The notes: generated by a model not told the origin, from the letters alone. Positions 8,028-16,914 are shown, numbered from the stretch's first letter. The stretch: 32,000 nucleotides of DNA from Geobacter sulfurreducens PCA (GCF_000007985.2 NC_002939.5:1890001-1922000); one strand, 5' to 3'. Numbers and translations: made by a program.

Positions 8028-8912
8028 TTAGACACGCTCGGTCTCGCCCTTGCGGAACAATCCCTGGGGACGTACAAAGAGAATCAGCAACAGGATGATA
8101 AAGGCAATGGCGTCCTTATAGCCGGATGAGAAAAGTCCAGCGCCAAGCGATTCCAGGATGCCGAGGAGAATGCCGCCCAGGATGGTGCCGAGGCCGCTGC
8201 TCATGCCGCCGATGATGGCGGCGCAGAATCCTTTGAGGCCGAGCATGATGCCAACATCATAGGAGGTCATGGTGAGCGGAGCGATGATGATACCGGCCAG
8301 GGAACCCATGGCAGAGCTGATGGCAAAGGAAAAAAGCACCATGCGCCGCACGTCGATCCCCACGAGACCGGCGGCCCGACGGTTGTAGGCGCAGGCACGC
8401 ATGGCCTTGCCGCTGATGGTGTAGTTGAAGTAGAGTTTGCTGCAGATCATGACCACAATGGTCACCGCAAATATCCAGAGGTGCTGTGGAAGGATGGTTG
8501 CCTCGCCCAGATGGATCGGCTCATTGCCCGAGAATGTGGGAATGGCGTGAGTGTCCTTGCCCCAGACGATCATGGCAATGCCGCGGATGAGAATGCTGCC
8601 GCCGATCGTGATGATGACGAGGCTGATAGGCGAGGCATTCTTCATGGGACGGATGGCGAGACGTTCGAACACTACGCCCACGAGGGTGGTGGCGCCGATT
8701 GCCAGGATTATGGCTACCAGCAGCGGCAGATTCAGGGCTGTCAGAAAAAAGAGCGTGAACATGCCGCCAAGCATCACGAGTTCGCCTTGGGCGAAATTGA
8801 TAATGCCTGTGGCATTGTGAATGATGGCAAACCCGACCCCGATCAGGGAATAGATGGCTCCCGTCGAAAGTCCGGAGAGAAGATATTGCGCTATCTGCTG
8901 GCCTAAATTCAT
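8028..8912 (-). CDS. livH: ABC transporter permease, LivH type
   Basis: Start moved to the ATG at 8912 (MNLGQQIAQYLLSGLSTGAIYSLIGVGFAII...), the usual LivH N-terminus. The 27 extra codons in the ORF track run through an intergenic hairpin. Confidence 0.85.
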   Translation of the reverse strand: MNLGQQIAQYLLSGLSTGAIYSLIGVGFAIIHNATGIINFAQGELVMLGGMFTLFFLTALNLPLLVAIILAIGATTLVGVVFERLAIRPMKNASPISLVIITIGGSILIRGIAMIVWGKDTHAIPTFSGNEPIHLGEATILPQHLWIFAVTIVVMICSKLYFNYTISGKAMRACAYNRRAAGLVGIDVRRMVLFSFAISSAMGSLAGIIIAPLTMTSYDVGIMLGLKGFCAAIIGGMSSGLGTILGGILLGILESLGAGLFSSGYKDAIAFIILLLILFVRPQGLFRKGETERV

Positions 8913-8937
8913 GCTGTATACATCCGGTTCACAATGA

Positions 8938-8967
8938 GGGAGCGCGGCCGGGACAGCCTGCGCTCCC
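8938..8967 (-). other. Intercistronic stem-loop between the binding-protein genes and livH
   Basis: Perfect 8-bp inverted repeat GGGAGCGC (8938-8945) / GCGCTCCC (8960-8967), with a 14-nt loop that can add GGC/GCC pairs. No U-tract follows on the minus strand. Confidence 0.45.
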
Positions 8968-8998
8968 AAGGTTCGATCGCAATGGTGCGGCAAGGACC

Positions 8999-10141
8999 TT
9001 ACTTGACGAGAGCAAAGTCCTTGTTGTGGATCGTCACGAGGACGAAGGCATCCTTGCCGAGGCCGGCATGGTCGGCGGCGGAGTAGTTGAAGATGCCTCC
9101 AATACCCGCGAAGTTTCTGGTCTTCTCCAACTGGTCGCGGATGGCGGCAGGCCTGTCACCCCCACGCTCCAGGGCACCTTTCAGCAACATCACCGCATCC
9201 CAGGCATGGCCGCCAAAATGGTCACCCTCGGCCTTGAACTGCTTCTGGTAATCCTTGACGTATGCCATGAGCGACTTCTTCTGCTTGTCCGCGGCGGGAA
9301 GCAGGTCGGCGACGATGACCCGGCCCGACGGCAGAATGATTCCTTCGGCTGCATCGCCGGCAAGCTCGATGAACTTCTTGGATGACACGCCATGACTCAT
9401 GTAGATGGGAATGGCGAGCCCGAGTTGCTTGGCGTTGCGGGCAATGACGGCAGGGCCGGGGTTGGTGCCCCAGCAGATCACGGCCTGGGCGCCGCTGCTG
9501 CGGATCTTGGTAAGCTGCGCCGTCATATCCGTGTCCTTGGGCCCATACGTGTCATCGGAAACGATCTGGATGCCGTGTTGCGCCGCCTGGGCCTTGAGTT
9601 GCTCGCGCCCGGAAGAGCCGAACCCGTCGGATACCGTCAGGATCGCCACTTTGCTCATCCTGAGGCGGTTGAGTTGTTCATAGATCTTTGCCACTGCAAG
9701 CCCGTCGTTCTGGGCAGTCTTGAAGACCCATTTTTTCACCGGTTCGGTGATCTTGCTGCCGGCAGCACAGGAAACGAGGGGAATCTGGGCCTTTTCCACG
9801 ATAGGGATGACCGCCATGGTGTCCCCGGTCGTGCTGGGGCCGATGATGGCAACCACCTTGTCGTCCTTGATGAGCCGGTTGGCCGCCTGCACGGCCTTGG
9901 TGGCGTCGCCTTGCGTGTCATAGACGATCAGTTCGACTTTTCTTCCCTTGATACCGCCGGCGGCGTTGATCTTGTTGACCATCATCTGGGCGGTGTTACG
10001 TTCCGGTTCCCCCAGGAACGACGCCGGTCCGGTTACGGCGAAGAGTGCGCCTATCCGGATGGGTGACGCGGCAAATACGTTGGCAGCCAGCATCATGAAC
10101 GATGCGGCGAGCGTCAGGATAAAGGATCCTCTTTTCAGCAT
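8999..10141 (-). CDS. Periplasmic substrate-binding protein, Liv-type (Peripla_BP_6-like), paralog 1
   Basis: Start at the ATG at 10141 (MLKRGSFILTLAASFMMLAANVFA signal peptide), 6 nt after GGGGAGGGG. Mature N-terminus IRIGALFAVTGPASFLGEP is typical of the family. Confidence 0.85.
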   Translation of the reverse strand: MLKRGSFILTLAASFMMLAANVFAASPIRIGALFAVTGPASFLGEPERNTAQMMVNKINAAGGIKGRKVELIVYDTQGDATKAVQAANRLIKDDKVVAIIGPSTTGDTMAVIPIVEKAQIPLVSCAAGSKITEPVKKWVFKTAQNDGLAVAKIYEQLNRLRMSKVAILTVSDGFGSSGREQLKAQAAQHGIQIVSDDTYGPKDTDMTAQLTKIRSSGAQAVICWGTNPGPAVIARNAKQLGLAIPIYMSHGVSSKKFIELAGDAAEGIILPSGRVIVADLLPAADKQKKSLMAYVKDYQKQFKAEGDHFGGHAWDAVMLLKGALERGGDRPAAIRDQLEKTRNFAGIGGIFNYSAADHAGLGKDAFVLVTIHNKDFALVK

Positions 10142-10159
10142 CACACCCCTCCCCATGAG

Positions 10160-11296
10160 TTATTTGATCAGTTCCCAATCGCCTTTGGTCACGCGGACCA
10201 TCTCGAATGCCGAAAGATCCAGACCGTTATGATCCGAGGGGGACATGGTGAAAATCCCCGAGACGCTGACGAGCTTCCGGGTCTGCTCAAGGCCGTCCCT
10301 GATCTGCTGGGGAGAGGTTCCCTTTTTCATGGCGCCGGAAATCAGGAGGAAGGAATCATAGGCGTAACCACCGAAGGTCGAAGCCTCCACGCCGTATGCC
10401 TTGCGATAGGATTCATCATACGATTTGAGCAACTTGTACTGGGGATCGTTCTTGGGGAGCTTGTCGAAAATGGCAAGCTTGCCCGCCGGCAACATAATCC
10501 CTTCGGCGGCATCGGCCCCGGCCAGTTCGATGAACTTTTTGGACGCCACACCGTGGCTCATGTAGAGCGGGACCTTGATCCCGAGTTGTTTCATGTTGCG
10601 GGCAATGAGTGCAGGACCGGGATTTGTTCCCCAGCAGATGACCGCGTCGGGCTTGGCCGCCTTGATCTTGGTGAGTTGGGCGGTCATGTCGGTGTCCTTG
10701 GGACCGTACACCTCATCGGCCACAATTCTGAAGCCCTTCTGGCCGGCCAGGGCCTTGAGCTGTTCACGCCCAGAGGAGCCGAACCCGTCGGAAACGGTGA
10801 TAATGGCAAGAGACTTCTGCTTCAGCCTGGCCGCCTGGATCAGGATCTTTTCGGCAGCCACATGGTCATTGGCCGGGGTTTTGAATACCCACTTTTTGAC
10901 CGGATCGGTAATCTTGATGCCCGCAGCGCAGGAAATGAGCGGGATTTTCTCCTTTTCCGCCAAGGGAATTACCGCCATGGTTTCGCCGGTGGTACTCGGT
11001 CCGACGATGACACTCACTTTGTCGTTCTTGATCAGTTTGTTGGCCAGTTGAACCGCCTTGGTCACGTCCCCCTGGGTGTCGTAGACCACCAGCTCAAGTT
11101 TGCGGCCGCCAATCCCACCCCTGGCGTTGGCGTCCTTCACCAGCATCTCCAGGGTATTCTTCTCGGGCTCTCCCAGAAATGACGCGGGACCGGTTATGGA
11201 AAAAAGCGCTCCGATCCTGAACGGTTCTGCTGCCGAGGCGATGCCGGCCACCAACAGACCGACGATACCGACGATAACAGCGAAGATTCTGTTCAT
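10160..11296 (-). CDS. Periplasmic substrate-binding protein, Liv-type (Peripla_BP_6-like), paralog 2
   Basis: Signal peptide MNRIFAVIVGIVGLLVAGIASA with a strong SD GGGAGGGGGGAG upstream. It matches paralog 1 at 89 of the first 120 aligned mature positions by hand alignment. Confidence 0.85.
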   Translation of the reverse strand: MNRIFAVIVGIVGLLVAGIASAAEPFRIGALFSITGPASFLGEPEKNTLEMLVKDANARGGIGGRKLELVVYDTQGDVTKAVQLANKLIKNDKVSVIVGPSTTGETMAVIPLAEKEKIPLISCAAGIKITDPVKKWVFKTPANDHVAAEKILIQAARLKQKSLAIITVSDGFGSSGREQLKALAGQKGFRIVADEVYGPKDTDMTAQLTKIKAAKPDAVICWGTNPGPALIARNMKQLGIKVPLYMSHGVASKKFIELAGADAAEGIMLPAGKLAIFDKLPKNDPQYKLLKSYDESYRKAYGVEASTFGGYAYDSFLLISGAMKKGTSPQQIRDGLEQTRKLVSVSGIFTMSPSDHNGLDLSAFEMVRVTKGDWELIK

Positions 11297-11317
11297 GCTC
11301 CCCCCTCCCTGAAGTGG

Positions 11318-11749
11318 CTACATTGCGTACAGGCGTTCGCCCTCGAGGACAGTAAATCCGTTGTTGATAAGGGCTGTGATGGCCTTCTCTGTCTCATCAA
11401 AACGGAAGATGATCACCGCGTTCTCACCGCACCGCTCCACGAAAGCATACATGTATTCCACATTGATGCTCTCGCGGTCCAGCGACTGGAGAATCTGGGA
11501 CAGTCCACCGGGCCGGTCCGGGACCTCAACGGCCACAACCTCGGTTTTGCTGACCGTGAACCCCCTGTCCTTGAGTACCTGCTTGGCCTTCTCCCGCTCA
11601 TTGACGATAAGTCGCAGAATGCCGAAATCCGAGGTATCGGCCAGGGAGAGAGCCCTGATGTTGACCCCTGCCTCGCCGAGAATGCGCGTCACTTCCGCCA
11701 GGCGGCCCGACTTGTTTTCTATGAAGATCGAAATCTGCTCTACTTTCAT
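11318..11749 (-). CDS. Tandem ACT-domain protein (small-molecule-binding regulatory domain, function unknown)
   Basis: 143 aa with two beta-alpha-beta-beta-alpha-beta-like repeats ([29 protein letters not shown].. and [29 protein letters not shown]..). SD GGGAGGAAG. Confidence 0.75.
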   Translation of the reverse strand: MKVEQISIFIENKSGRLAEVTRILGEAGVNIRALSLADTSDFGILRLIVNEREKAKQVLKDRGFTVSKTEVVAVEVPDRPGGLSQILQSLDRESINVEYMYAFVERCGENAVIIFRFDETEKAITALINNGFTVLEGERLYAM

Positions 11750-11790
11750 GGCTTCCTCCCGTGAGGCCGGAATGGTTGCGTGATGTTCCG

Positions 11791-13098
11791 TCAGCTGATC
11801 AGCCGGTTGTCGATGACCCTCTTTGCCTTACCCTCGCTCCGGGCGATGGTCTGGGGCTCCACCAGCCTCACCTTGCAGGTGACGCCGAGCAGGTCCTTGA
11901 TCTCCTTCTCGATCCTGTGCGAAAGGGCCTGGAGCACCTTGATCTCATCCGAGAAGAGCTGCTCGTCCACCTCGACCTGCACCTCAAGAGTGTCGAGGTT
12001 GTCCTTGCGATCGATGATGAGGAGATAGTGAGGCTCGACCCCTTCGATCCGCATGAGGATCGATTCGATCTGGGACGGGAAGACGTTGACTCCGCGGATG
12101 ATGAGCATATCGTCGCTGCGTCCCGTCATGCGCGAAAGGCGGGCATGGGTGCGTCCGCAGCTGCACGGCTCGTAGGTGAGGCTCGTGATGTCCCTGGTGC
12201 GGTAGCGAATAAGAGGGATGCCTTCCTTGGTGATGGTGGTGATGACCAGTTCGCCCCTCTCGCCTTCGGGCAGGACCTCACCCGTCTCAGGATTGATGAT
12301 TTCGGGAATGAAATGGTCCTCCCAGATATGGAGGCCCTTCTTGGCTTCGCGGCACTCGATGGCCACGCCGGGCCCCATGATCTCTGACAGGCCGTAGATG
12401 TCGATGGCGCAGAGGTTGAGCTTCTGCTCGATTTCGGCGCGCATTGATTCGGACCACGGCTCGGCACCGAAGATGCCCACGTGAAGCTTGAGCTGGCGGA
12501 AGTCCACCCCTTCCTCCCGGGCGGCTTCTGCCATGAACAGGGAGTAGGAAGGGGTGCAGGTGAGGACCGTCGAACCGAAGTCCTTCATGATCATGATCTG
12601 CTTCTTGGTGTTGCCGCCGGACATGGGAATGACCGAGGCTCCCAGCCGCTCGGCACCGTAGTGGGCGCCGAGGCCGCCGGTGAACAGTCCGTAGCCGTAG
12701 GCATTATGGATAATGTCGCCCTTGTGGACGCCGGCGGCGGCAAAGGAGCGCGCCATGAGCTCCGACCAGATTTCGATGTCTTTCCGTGTGTAACCGACCA
12801 CGGTCGGCTTGCCGGTGGTCCCGCTCGACGCATGGATCCGAACGATGTCGTCCATGGGGGCGGCAAACAGGCCATAGGGGTAGCTGTCGCGCATGTCCTG
12901 CTTCACGGTAAAGGGAAGCCGCCGGAGATCGTCGAGGGATTTGATGCAGCCGGAGATAATGCCGGCGCGCTCGAAGCTTTGGCGGTAGAACGGCACGGAC
13001 GCCTGAACGCGGGCCACGGTCGCCTGGAGGCGCTTGAGCTGCAGAGCTTCCAGTGCCTGGCGGGGAAGCGTTTCAAACTCTTCGTTGTGGTAACTCAT
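11791..13098 (-). CDS. paaK: Phenylacetate-CoA ligase family (PaaK-like), copy 2
   Basis: ATG at 13098 sits 6 nt after GAGG. The TTG at 13104 in the ORF track is less likely. Motifs: [29 protein letters not shown]. Clearly paralogous to copy 1. Confidence 0.85.
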   Translation of the reverse strand: MSYHNEEFETLPRQALEALQLKRLQATVARVQASVPFYRQSFERAGIISGCIKSLDDLRRLPFTVKQDMRDSYPYGLFAAPMDDIVRIHASSGTTGKPTVVGYTRKDIEIWSELMARSFAAAGVHKGDIIHNAYGYGLFTGGLGAHYGAERLGASVIPMSGGNTKKQIMIMKDFGSTVLTCTPSYSLFMAEAAREEGVDFRQLKLHVGIFGAEPWSESMRAEIEQKLNLCAIDIYGLSEIMGPGVAIECREAKKGLHIWEDHFIPEIINPETGEVLPEGERGELVITTITKEGIPLIRYRTRDITSLTYEPCSCGRTHARLSRMTGRSDDMLIIRGVNVFPSQIESILMRIEGVEPHYLLIIDRKDNLDTLEVQVEVDEQLFSDEIKVLQALSHRIEKEIKDLLGVTCKVRLVEPQTIARSEGKAKRVIDNRLIS

Positions 13099-13113
13099 GT
13101 ACAACCTCGATTG

Positions 13114-13692
13114 TTACAGGGCTCTGCCCAACTGGAAAGCCTTACGGTTCACATCGAGCGCCTTTGGGGGAACCATCCGCTCCAGGGCCTTGTGCCAGCA
13201 CTCGTCAGGGATATCGAGCTGCTTGGCCACGGCGCCCAGGAGCACCGTATTGGCGGCCCTGACATTGCCGGCCTCGGCGGCGAGATGCTGTCCGTCCACC
13301 AGGAGGAAATCGGGGAACAGCGCCCGAATCCTGTCCGGCAGATCATCGGGGTAGCTCGCCTGCCCCAGGAGAACCGACGGTGGCGAAATGCGCAGATCGT
13401 TGGCCACCACCGTCCCCCCCTTCCTGAGCAGGGGCAGGTAGCGATAGGTTTCCATCAGCTCGAAGCCGAAGAGGATGTCCCCCTCCCCTTCGGGCACGAT
13501 GGGTGAATGGACTTCCTTGCCGTAGCGGACATGGGAGACAACACTCCCTCCCCGCTGGGACATGCCGTGGATTTCGCTCTTTTTCACGTCGAACCCGGCC
13601 AGCATGAATGCCTCGGAGAGGATTTCAGACGCGAGCAGTATTCCCTGCCCGCCCACGCCCACCAGGAGGATGTTGGTGATGGTGTCGCTCAT
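13114..13692 (-). CDS. iorB: Indolepyruvate:ferredoxin oxidoreductase, beta subunit
   Basis: 192 aa with the LLVGVGGQGILLASEIL nucleotide-fold motif of 2-oxoacid:ferredoxin oxidoreductase gamma-like domains. It has a 4-nt ATGA-type overlap with iorA. Confidence 0.85.
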   Translation of the reverse strand: MSDTITNILLVGVGGQGILLASEILSEAFMLAGFDVKKSEIHGMSQRGGSVVSHVRYGKEVHSPIVPEGEGDILFGFELMETYRYLPLLRKGGTVVANDLRISPPSVLLGQASYPDDLPDRIRALFPDFLLVDGQHLAAEAGNVRAANTVLLGAVAKQLDIPDECWHKALERMVPPKALDVNRKAFQLGRAL

Positions 13693-15446
13693 TGGGCCCT
13701 CCCGATGGCATTGAACTTACAGAGCTGGCGGCAGACATCGCAGCCATTGCAGAGCAGTGGGTCGATCTTTGCTTTTCCCTTTTTGCCATCCGGAGCAGGG
13801 ATCCACTCGATTGCCGGACAACCGATCTTCAGGCACGCCTTGCAGCCGGTGCAGTGATCCTGGTCGACGGAGAGCACAAGCCCCTTCTGGAAGACCCCCT
13901 CCCGTTTCACCAGCACGCAGGGACGGTTGGTGATGATTACCGACGGCTCGGGACGGTTCATCTCTTCCTGAAGAGCCGCGCGGGTCTGGTCGAGGTCCAG
14001 GGGGTCCACCACCCGCACGTGTCGAATGCCGAGGGCAGTGCAAAGCTGGACCAGATCCACCGCGTTGGTGGAATCATCCATAAGGGTCCAGCCGGACGCC
14101 GGATTGTCCTGGCGCCCCGTCATGGCCGTGATCCTGTTGTCGAGAATCACCACCGTTGCAGGGGCTTTGTTGTAGGCCATCTCCATGAGGCTGTTGACGC
14201 CCGTGTGGAGGAAGGTCGAGTCGCCGATCACTGCCACAACCTTTTTCTTCTCTTCGTCCGAAAGGACGCGCACGATGCCACTAGCGCTGCTGATGCTCGC
14301 CCCCATGCAGACACAGGTATCCATAGCGTTGAGGGGGGGCATGAAACCGAGGGTGTAGCAGCCGATGTCACCGGTCACATAAGCCTTCAGCTGGTTGAGC
14401 GTGAAAAAGACGCCGCGATGGGGGCAGCCGGGGCACATGTTCGGCGGACGACCCGGAAGATTCTCCACCGTCACCTGAGGTGCCCCGGGGATGCCGAAGG
14501 CGGCACGCAGCCGGCCCGGTGTCAGTTCTCCGCACAGCGGAATTGCCTCCTTGCCGGTGACGCTAATGCCGGCAGCCTTCACCTGATCCTCGATAAACGC
14601 GTCCAGCTCCTCCACCACGATAAGCTTCGTGACCTTCGAGGCAAACTCCCTGATGAGATCCATCGGGAGAGGATACACCATGCCGAGCTTGAGCACCGAG
14701 GCGTTGGGGAACACCTCGCGGACATACTGGTAAGACACCCCCGCGGTGACGATACCGAGTTCCGTGTCGCGCATCTCCACCCGGTTGACGGCAGCGGTAC
14801 GACCATAGTCCGCAAGTTTCAGGAGCCGCTCTTCCACGAAGGGGTGCCGCACCCGGGCATTGCCAGGGAGCATGACGAGCTTGGCGGGATTCTTGACGAG
14901 CTTCGGCGTGGGGAGTCCGGTTGCCGGTTCACCCAGCTCCACGATCGATTTGCCGTGGGATATCCGGGTGCAACTGCGGAGCATAACCGGGGTATCGAAC
15001 TGCTCCGAAATTTCGAATGCAAGCCTGGTGAAATCCTTGCACTCCTGGGAATCAGCCGGCTCCAGCATCGGGACCTTGGCGAACCGTGCATAGTTGCGGC
15101 TGTCCTGCTCGTCCTGGGACGAATGCATCTCGGGGTCATCCGCCACGACCAGCACCAATCCGCCACCCACCCCGGTGTACGACAGGGTGAAGAGCGGGTC
15201 GGCCGCGACGTTGACTCCCACGTGCTTCATGCAGGCGATGGAACGGCCGCCGCCGAACGAGGCGCCGATCGCGACCTCAAGGGCAACCTTTTCGTTGGGT
15301 GCCCATGAAGCGTCTATCTCCTTGTAGTTGACAATGTTCTCGAGGATTTCGGTGGAGGGGGTACCGGGATAGGCACTGGCAACCTTTACCCCCGCCTCGA
15401 AGGCTCCTCGGGCGATGGCTTCGTTGCCTGATAGAATTTCCTTCAT
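13689..15446 (-). CDS. iorA: Indolepyruvate:ferredoxin oxidoreductase, alpha subunit
   Basis: Start moved to the ATG at 15446 (MKEILSGNEAIARGAFEAGVKVASAYPGTPSTEI). TPP motif GDSTFLHTG...ILDN. C-terminal 2x[4Fe-4S] motifs CTGCKACLKIGCP and CNGCDVCRQLC. Confidence 0.9.
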   Translation of the reverse strand: MKEILSGNEAIARGAFEAGVKVASAYPGTPSTEILENIVNYKEIDASWAPNEKVALEVAIGASFGGGRSIACMKHVGVNVAADPLFTLSYTGVGGGLVLVVADDPEMHSSQDEQDSRNYARFAKVPMLEPADSQECKDFTRLAFEISEQFDTPVMLRSCTRISHGKSIVELGEPATGLPTPKLVKNPAKLVMLPGNARVRHPFVEERLLKLADYGRTAAVNRVEMRDTELGIVTAGVSYQYVREVFPNASVLKLGMVYPLPMDLIREFASKVTKLIVVEELDAFIEDQVKAAGISVTGKEAIPLCGELTPGRLRAAFGIPGAPQVTVENLPGRPPNMCPGCPHRGVFFTLNQLKAYVTGDIGCYTLGFMPPLNAMDTCVCMGASISSASGIVRVLSDEEKKKVVAVIGDSTFLHTGVNSLMEMAYNKAPATVVILDNRITAMTGRQDNPASGWTLMDDSTNAVDLVQLCTALGIRHVRVVDPLDLDQTRAALQEEMNRPEPSVIITNRPCVLVKREGVFQKGLVLSVDQDHCTGCKACLKIGCPAIEWIPAPDGKKGKAKIDPLLCNGCDVCRQLCKFNAIGRAQ

Positions 15447-15462
15447 GGTTGTCTGGTTCCTG

Positions 15463-15489
15463 AAAAATAAAATAAGGGGCATGCCCCCC
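15463..15489 (-). promoter_or_regulatory. Short GC hairpin followed by a U-tract in the iorA 5' leader (terminator-like; possible attenuator)
   Basis: The minus strand reads AGGGGGGCAUGCCCCUUAUUUUAUUUUUCAGGAACC...AUG. The stem is only 4-5 G:C pairs, so this is weak. Confidence 0.3.
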
Positions 15490-15504
15490 TAAAAAGGTGC
15501 AAAG

Positions 15505-15533
15505 ACTATACAAATAAGGGGATTGTAAGTCAA
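15505..15533 (-). promoter_or_regulatory. Near-consensus sigma70-type promoter for the ior-paaK-ACT-liv operon
   Basis: The minus strand reads TTGACT (15533-15528), a 17-nt spacer, then TATAGT (15510-15505). It lies about 59 nt upstream of the iorA ATG. Confidence 0.5.
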
Positions 15534-15598
15534 CTGCTTTGTAGAACGGGTTTTTACTGCCAAAGAACTGTTTGATCAGGCCAAACTCGCCCGGCCGG

Positions 15599-15626
15599 TT
15601 GACAGTGTGGCATACTCTCGTACCAT
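15599..15626 (+). promoter_or_regulatory. Candidate sigma70-type promoter for the cytochrome c gene
   Basis: TTGACA (15599-15604), a 16-nt spacer, then TACCAT (15621-15626). It is about 40 nt upstream of the ATG and back-to-back with the ior promoter. Confidence 0.3.
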
Positions 15627-15665
15627 GTGAAGAAAACGAAGTAATTCAGTAACCGGGAGGGCACT

Positions 15666-15989
15666 ATGAAGCGGGTTGTCAAGGGAGCGGTAGTGGGACT
15701 GGGTCTATGTGTGCTTGCATTGCCTGCGGATGCTGCCGGGCAGGCGGACAGGGGCAGAGAGCTTTTTGGAAGTACGCAACTGGGAACGAGCGGCAAAAGC
15801 TGCAGCAGCTGTCATCCGGGCGGGAAGAAGCTCGAATGGGCCGGCTCCAGCTACGACGACGCGAAGCTTGCCGCCATCGTAAACCGTTGCATCGAAAAGG
15901 CCCTCAAGGGGAAACCGCTCGACCCGGGCGGAGAAGACATGAAGGCCCTTATGCAGCACATCAGGAGCTTTGGGAATCCCGGGGGCTAA
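15666..15989 (+). CDS. Small periplasmic monohaem c-type cytochrome
   Basis: Signal peptide ending ALPADAAG, a single CSSCH haem-binding motif, and downstream Met candidates (DMKALM). SD GGGAGG lies 5 nt before the ATG. Confidence 0.8.
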   Translation: MKRVVKGAVVGLGLCVLALPADAAGQADRGRELFGSTQLGTSGKSCSSCHPGGKKLEWAGSSYDDAKLAAIVNRCIEKALKGKPLDPGGEDMKALMQHIRSFGNPGG

Positions 15990-15990
15990 T

Positions 15991-16914
15991 CTATTCATCC
16001 GTGCGGGCAAGGCCGATCAGGGCACCTTCCAGCAAGCCGAAGTCGCTGACGGTCATGGATTCGAAGCCGAACAGGTCCATCGTGGCGAGTGTTATGAGCG
16101 TTCCGGCCACGATCAGATCCTCCCTCCCCTTTTCCAGGCCGGGCACCGCCAGGCGTTCGGCCGGGGAAAGGGGAAGAAGCAGGGCCAGAATACGCGCGAT
16201 TTCATCACGGGACAACAGGTGGTTGTTGACTCGCCGATAATCGTAATCGGTCATTCCCAGACTGATGGCTGCCAGGGTCGTTGCCGTGCCGGCGGTGCCC
16301 ACGAGCGTCGCTCCCGCAAGCTGTCCATCGAGTGCCCTGCCGGCCAGCCGTTCCCTGAGCCCGGCGAGTTCGCGCCCGACTTTCTCCTCCATGGCCGGCA
16401 GGTCGGACTTGCCTTCCGTCAATCTCACCACCCCCAGGGGAAGACTCTCGGTGTACAGAGGAGCGTTCCCGCTGGCAAGGGTGTATTCAGTGCTCCCTCC
16501 CCCCACGTCAAAAACGAAGAAGCGGCCCTCCTTCCGGTCAAGGCCCGACAGGACCCCCGCCAGAGTCAGAAGAGCCTCCTCTTCGCCGTCGATCACTTCC
16601 AGACTGATGCCGGTCCGCTCGGCCACGTCGGCGCAAAAATCCCCGCCGTTCACGGCGTCCCGAACCGCGCTGGTCGCTACGGCCCGCACACGGACGACTC
16701 CCGCGCGGTTCATTTCATCCGCAAAGTCGACAAGAGCGGCCAGTGAGCGGCTCCACGCCTCCGGCGAAATCCCCCGTTCCTTTGTAAACCCTCCACCCAA
16801 CCGGGTGATGTGGCGCTTTACGAGCAGGTGCTCGATCCGGCCCGCCTCTACTGATCCGATCAGAAGCCGGGCCGTATTGGTGCCAAGATCGATGGAGGCT
16901 GCAGGGAACGACAT
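15991..16914 (-). CDS. ppx: Ppx/GppA-family phosphatase, short form (no C-terminal HD domain)
   Basis: ASKHA-fold motifs IDLGTNTARLL and FVFDVGGGSTE. 307 aa. The start codon overlaps the stop of the upstream transporter by 1 nt (TGATG). Confidence 0.85.
   Translation of the reverse strand: MSFPAASIDLGTNTARLLIGSVEAGRIEHLLVKRHITRLGGGFTKERGISPEAWSRSLAALVDFADEMNRAGVVRVRAVATSAVRDAVNGGDFCADVAERTGISLEVIDGEEEALLTLAGVLSGLDRKEGRFFVFDVGGGSTEYTLASGNAPLYTESLPLGVVRLTEGKSDLPAMEEKVGRELAGLRERLAGRALDGQLAGATLVGTAGTATTLAAISLGMTDYDYRRVNNHLLSRDEIARILALLLPLSPAERLAVPGLEKGREDLIVAGTLITLATMDLFGFESMTVSDFGLLEGALIGLARTDE

Noticed and set aside
13692-15308. A 538-aa plus-strand ORF antisense to iorA, and similar long antisense ORFs at 12481-13506, 10229-11182, 27047-28042, 6243-7112, 17682-18527, 20512-21339 and 7315-7998.
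   Set aside because: These are typical shadow ORFs of a GC-rich genome with GC-rich third codon positions. Their translations are low-complexity and rich in R/G/A/H/P, with no motifs. In every case the opposite strand encodes a protein with unmistakable family signatures.
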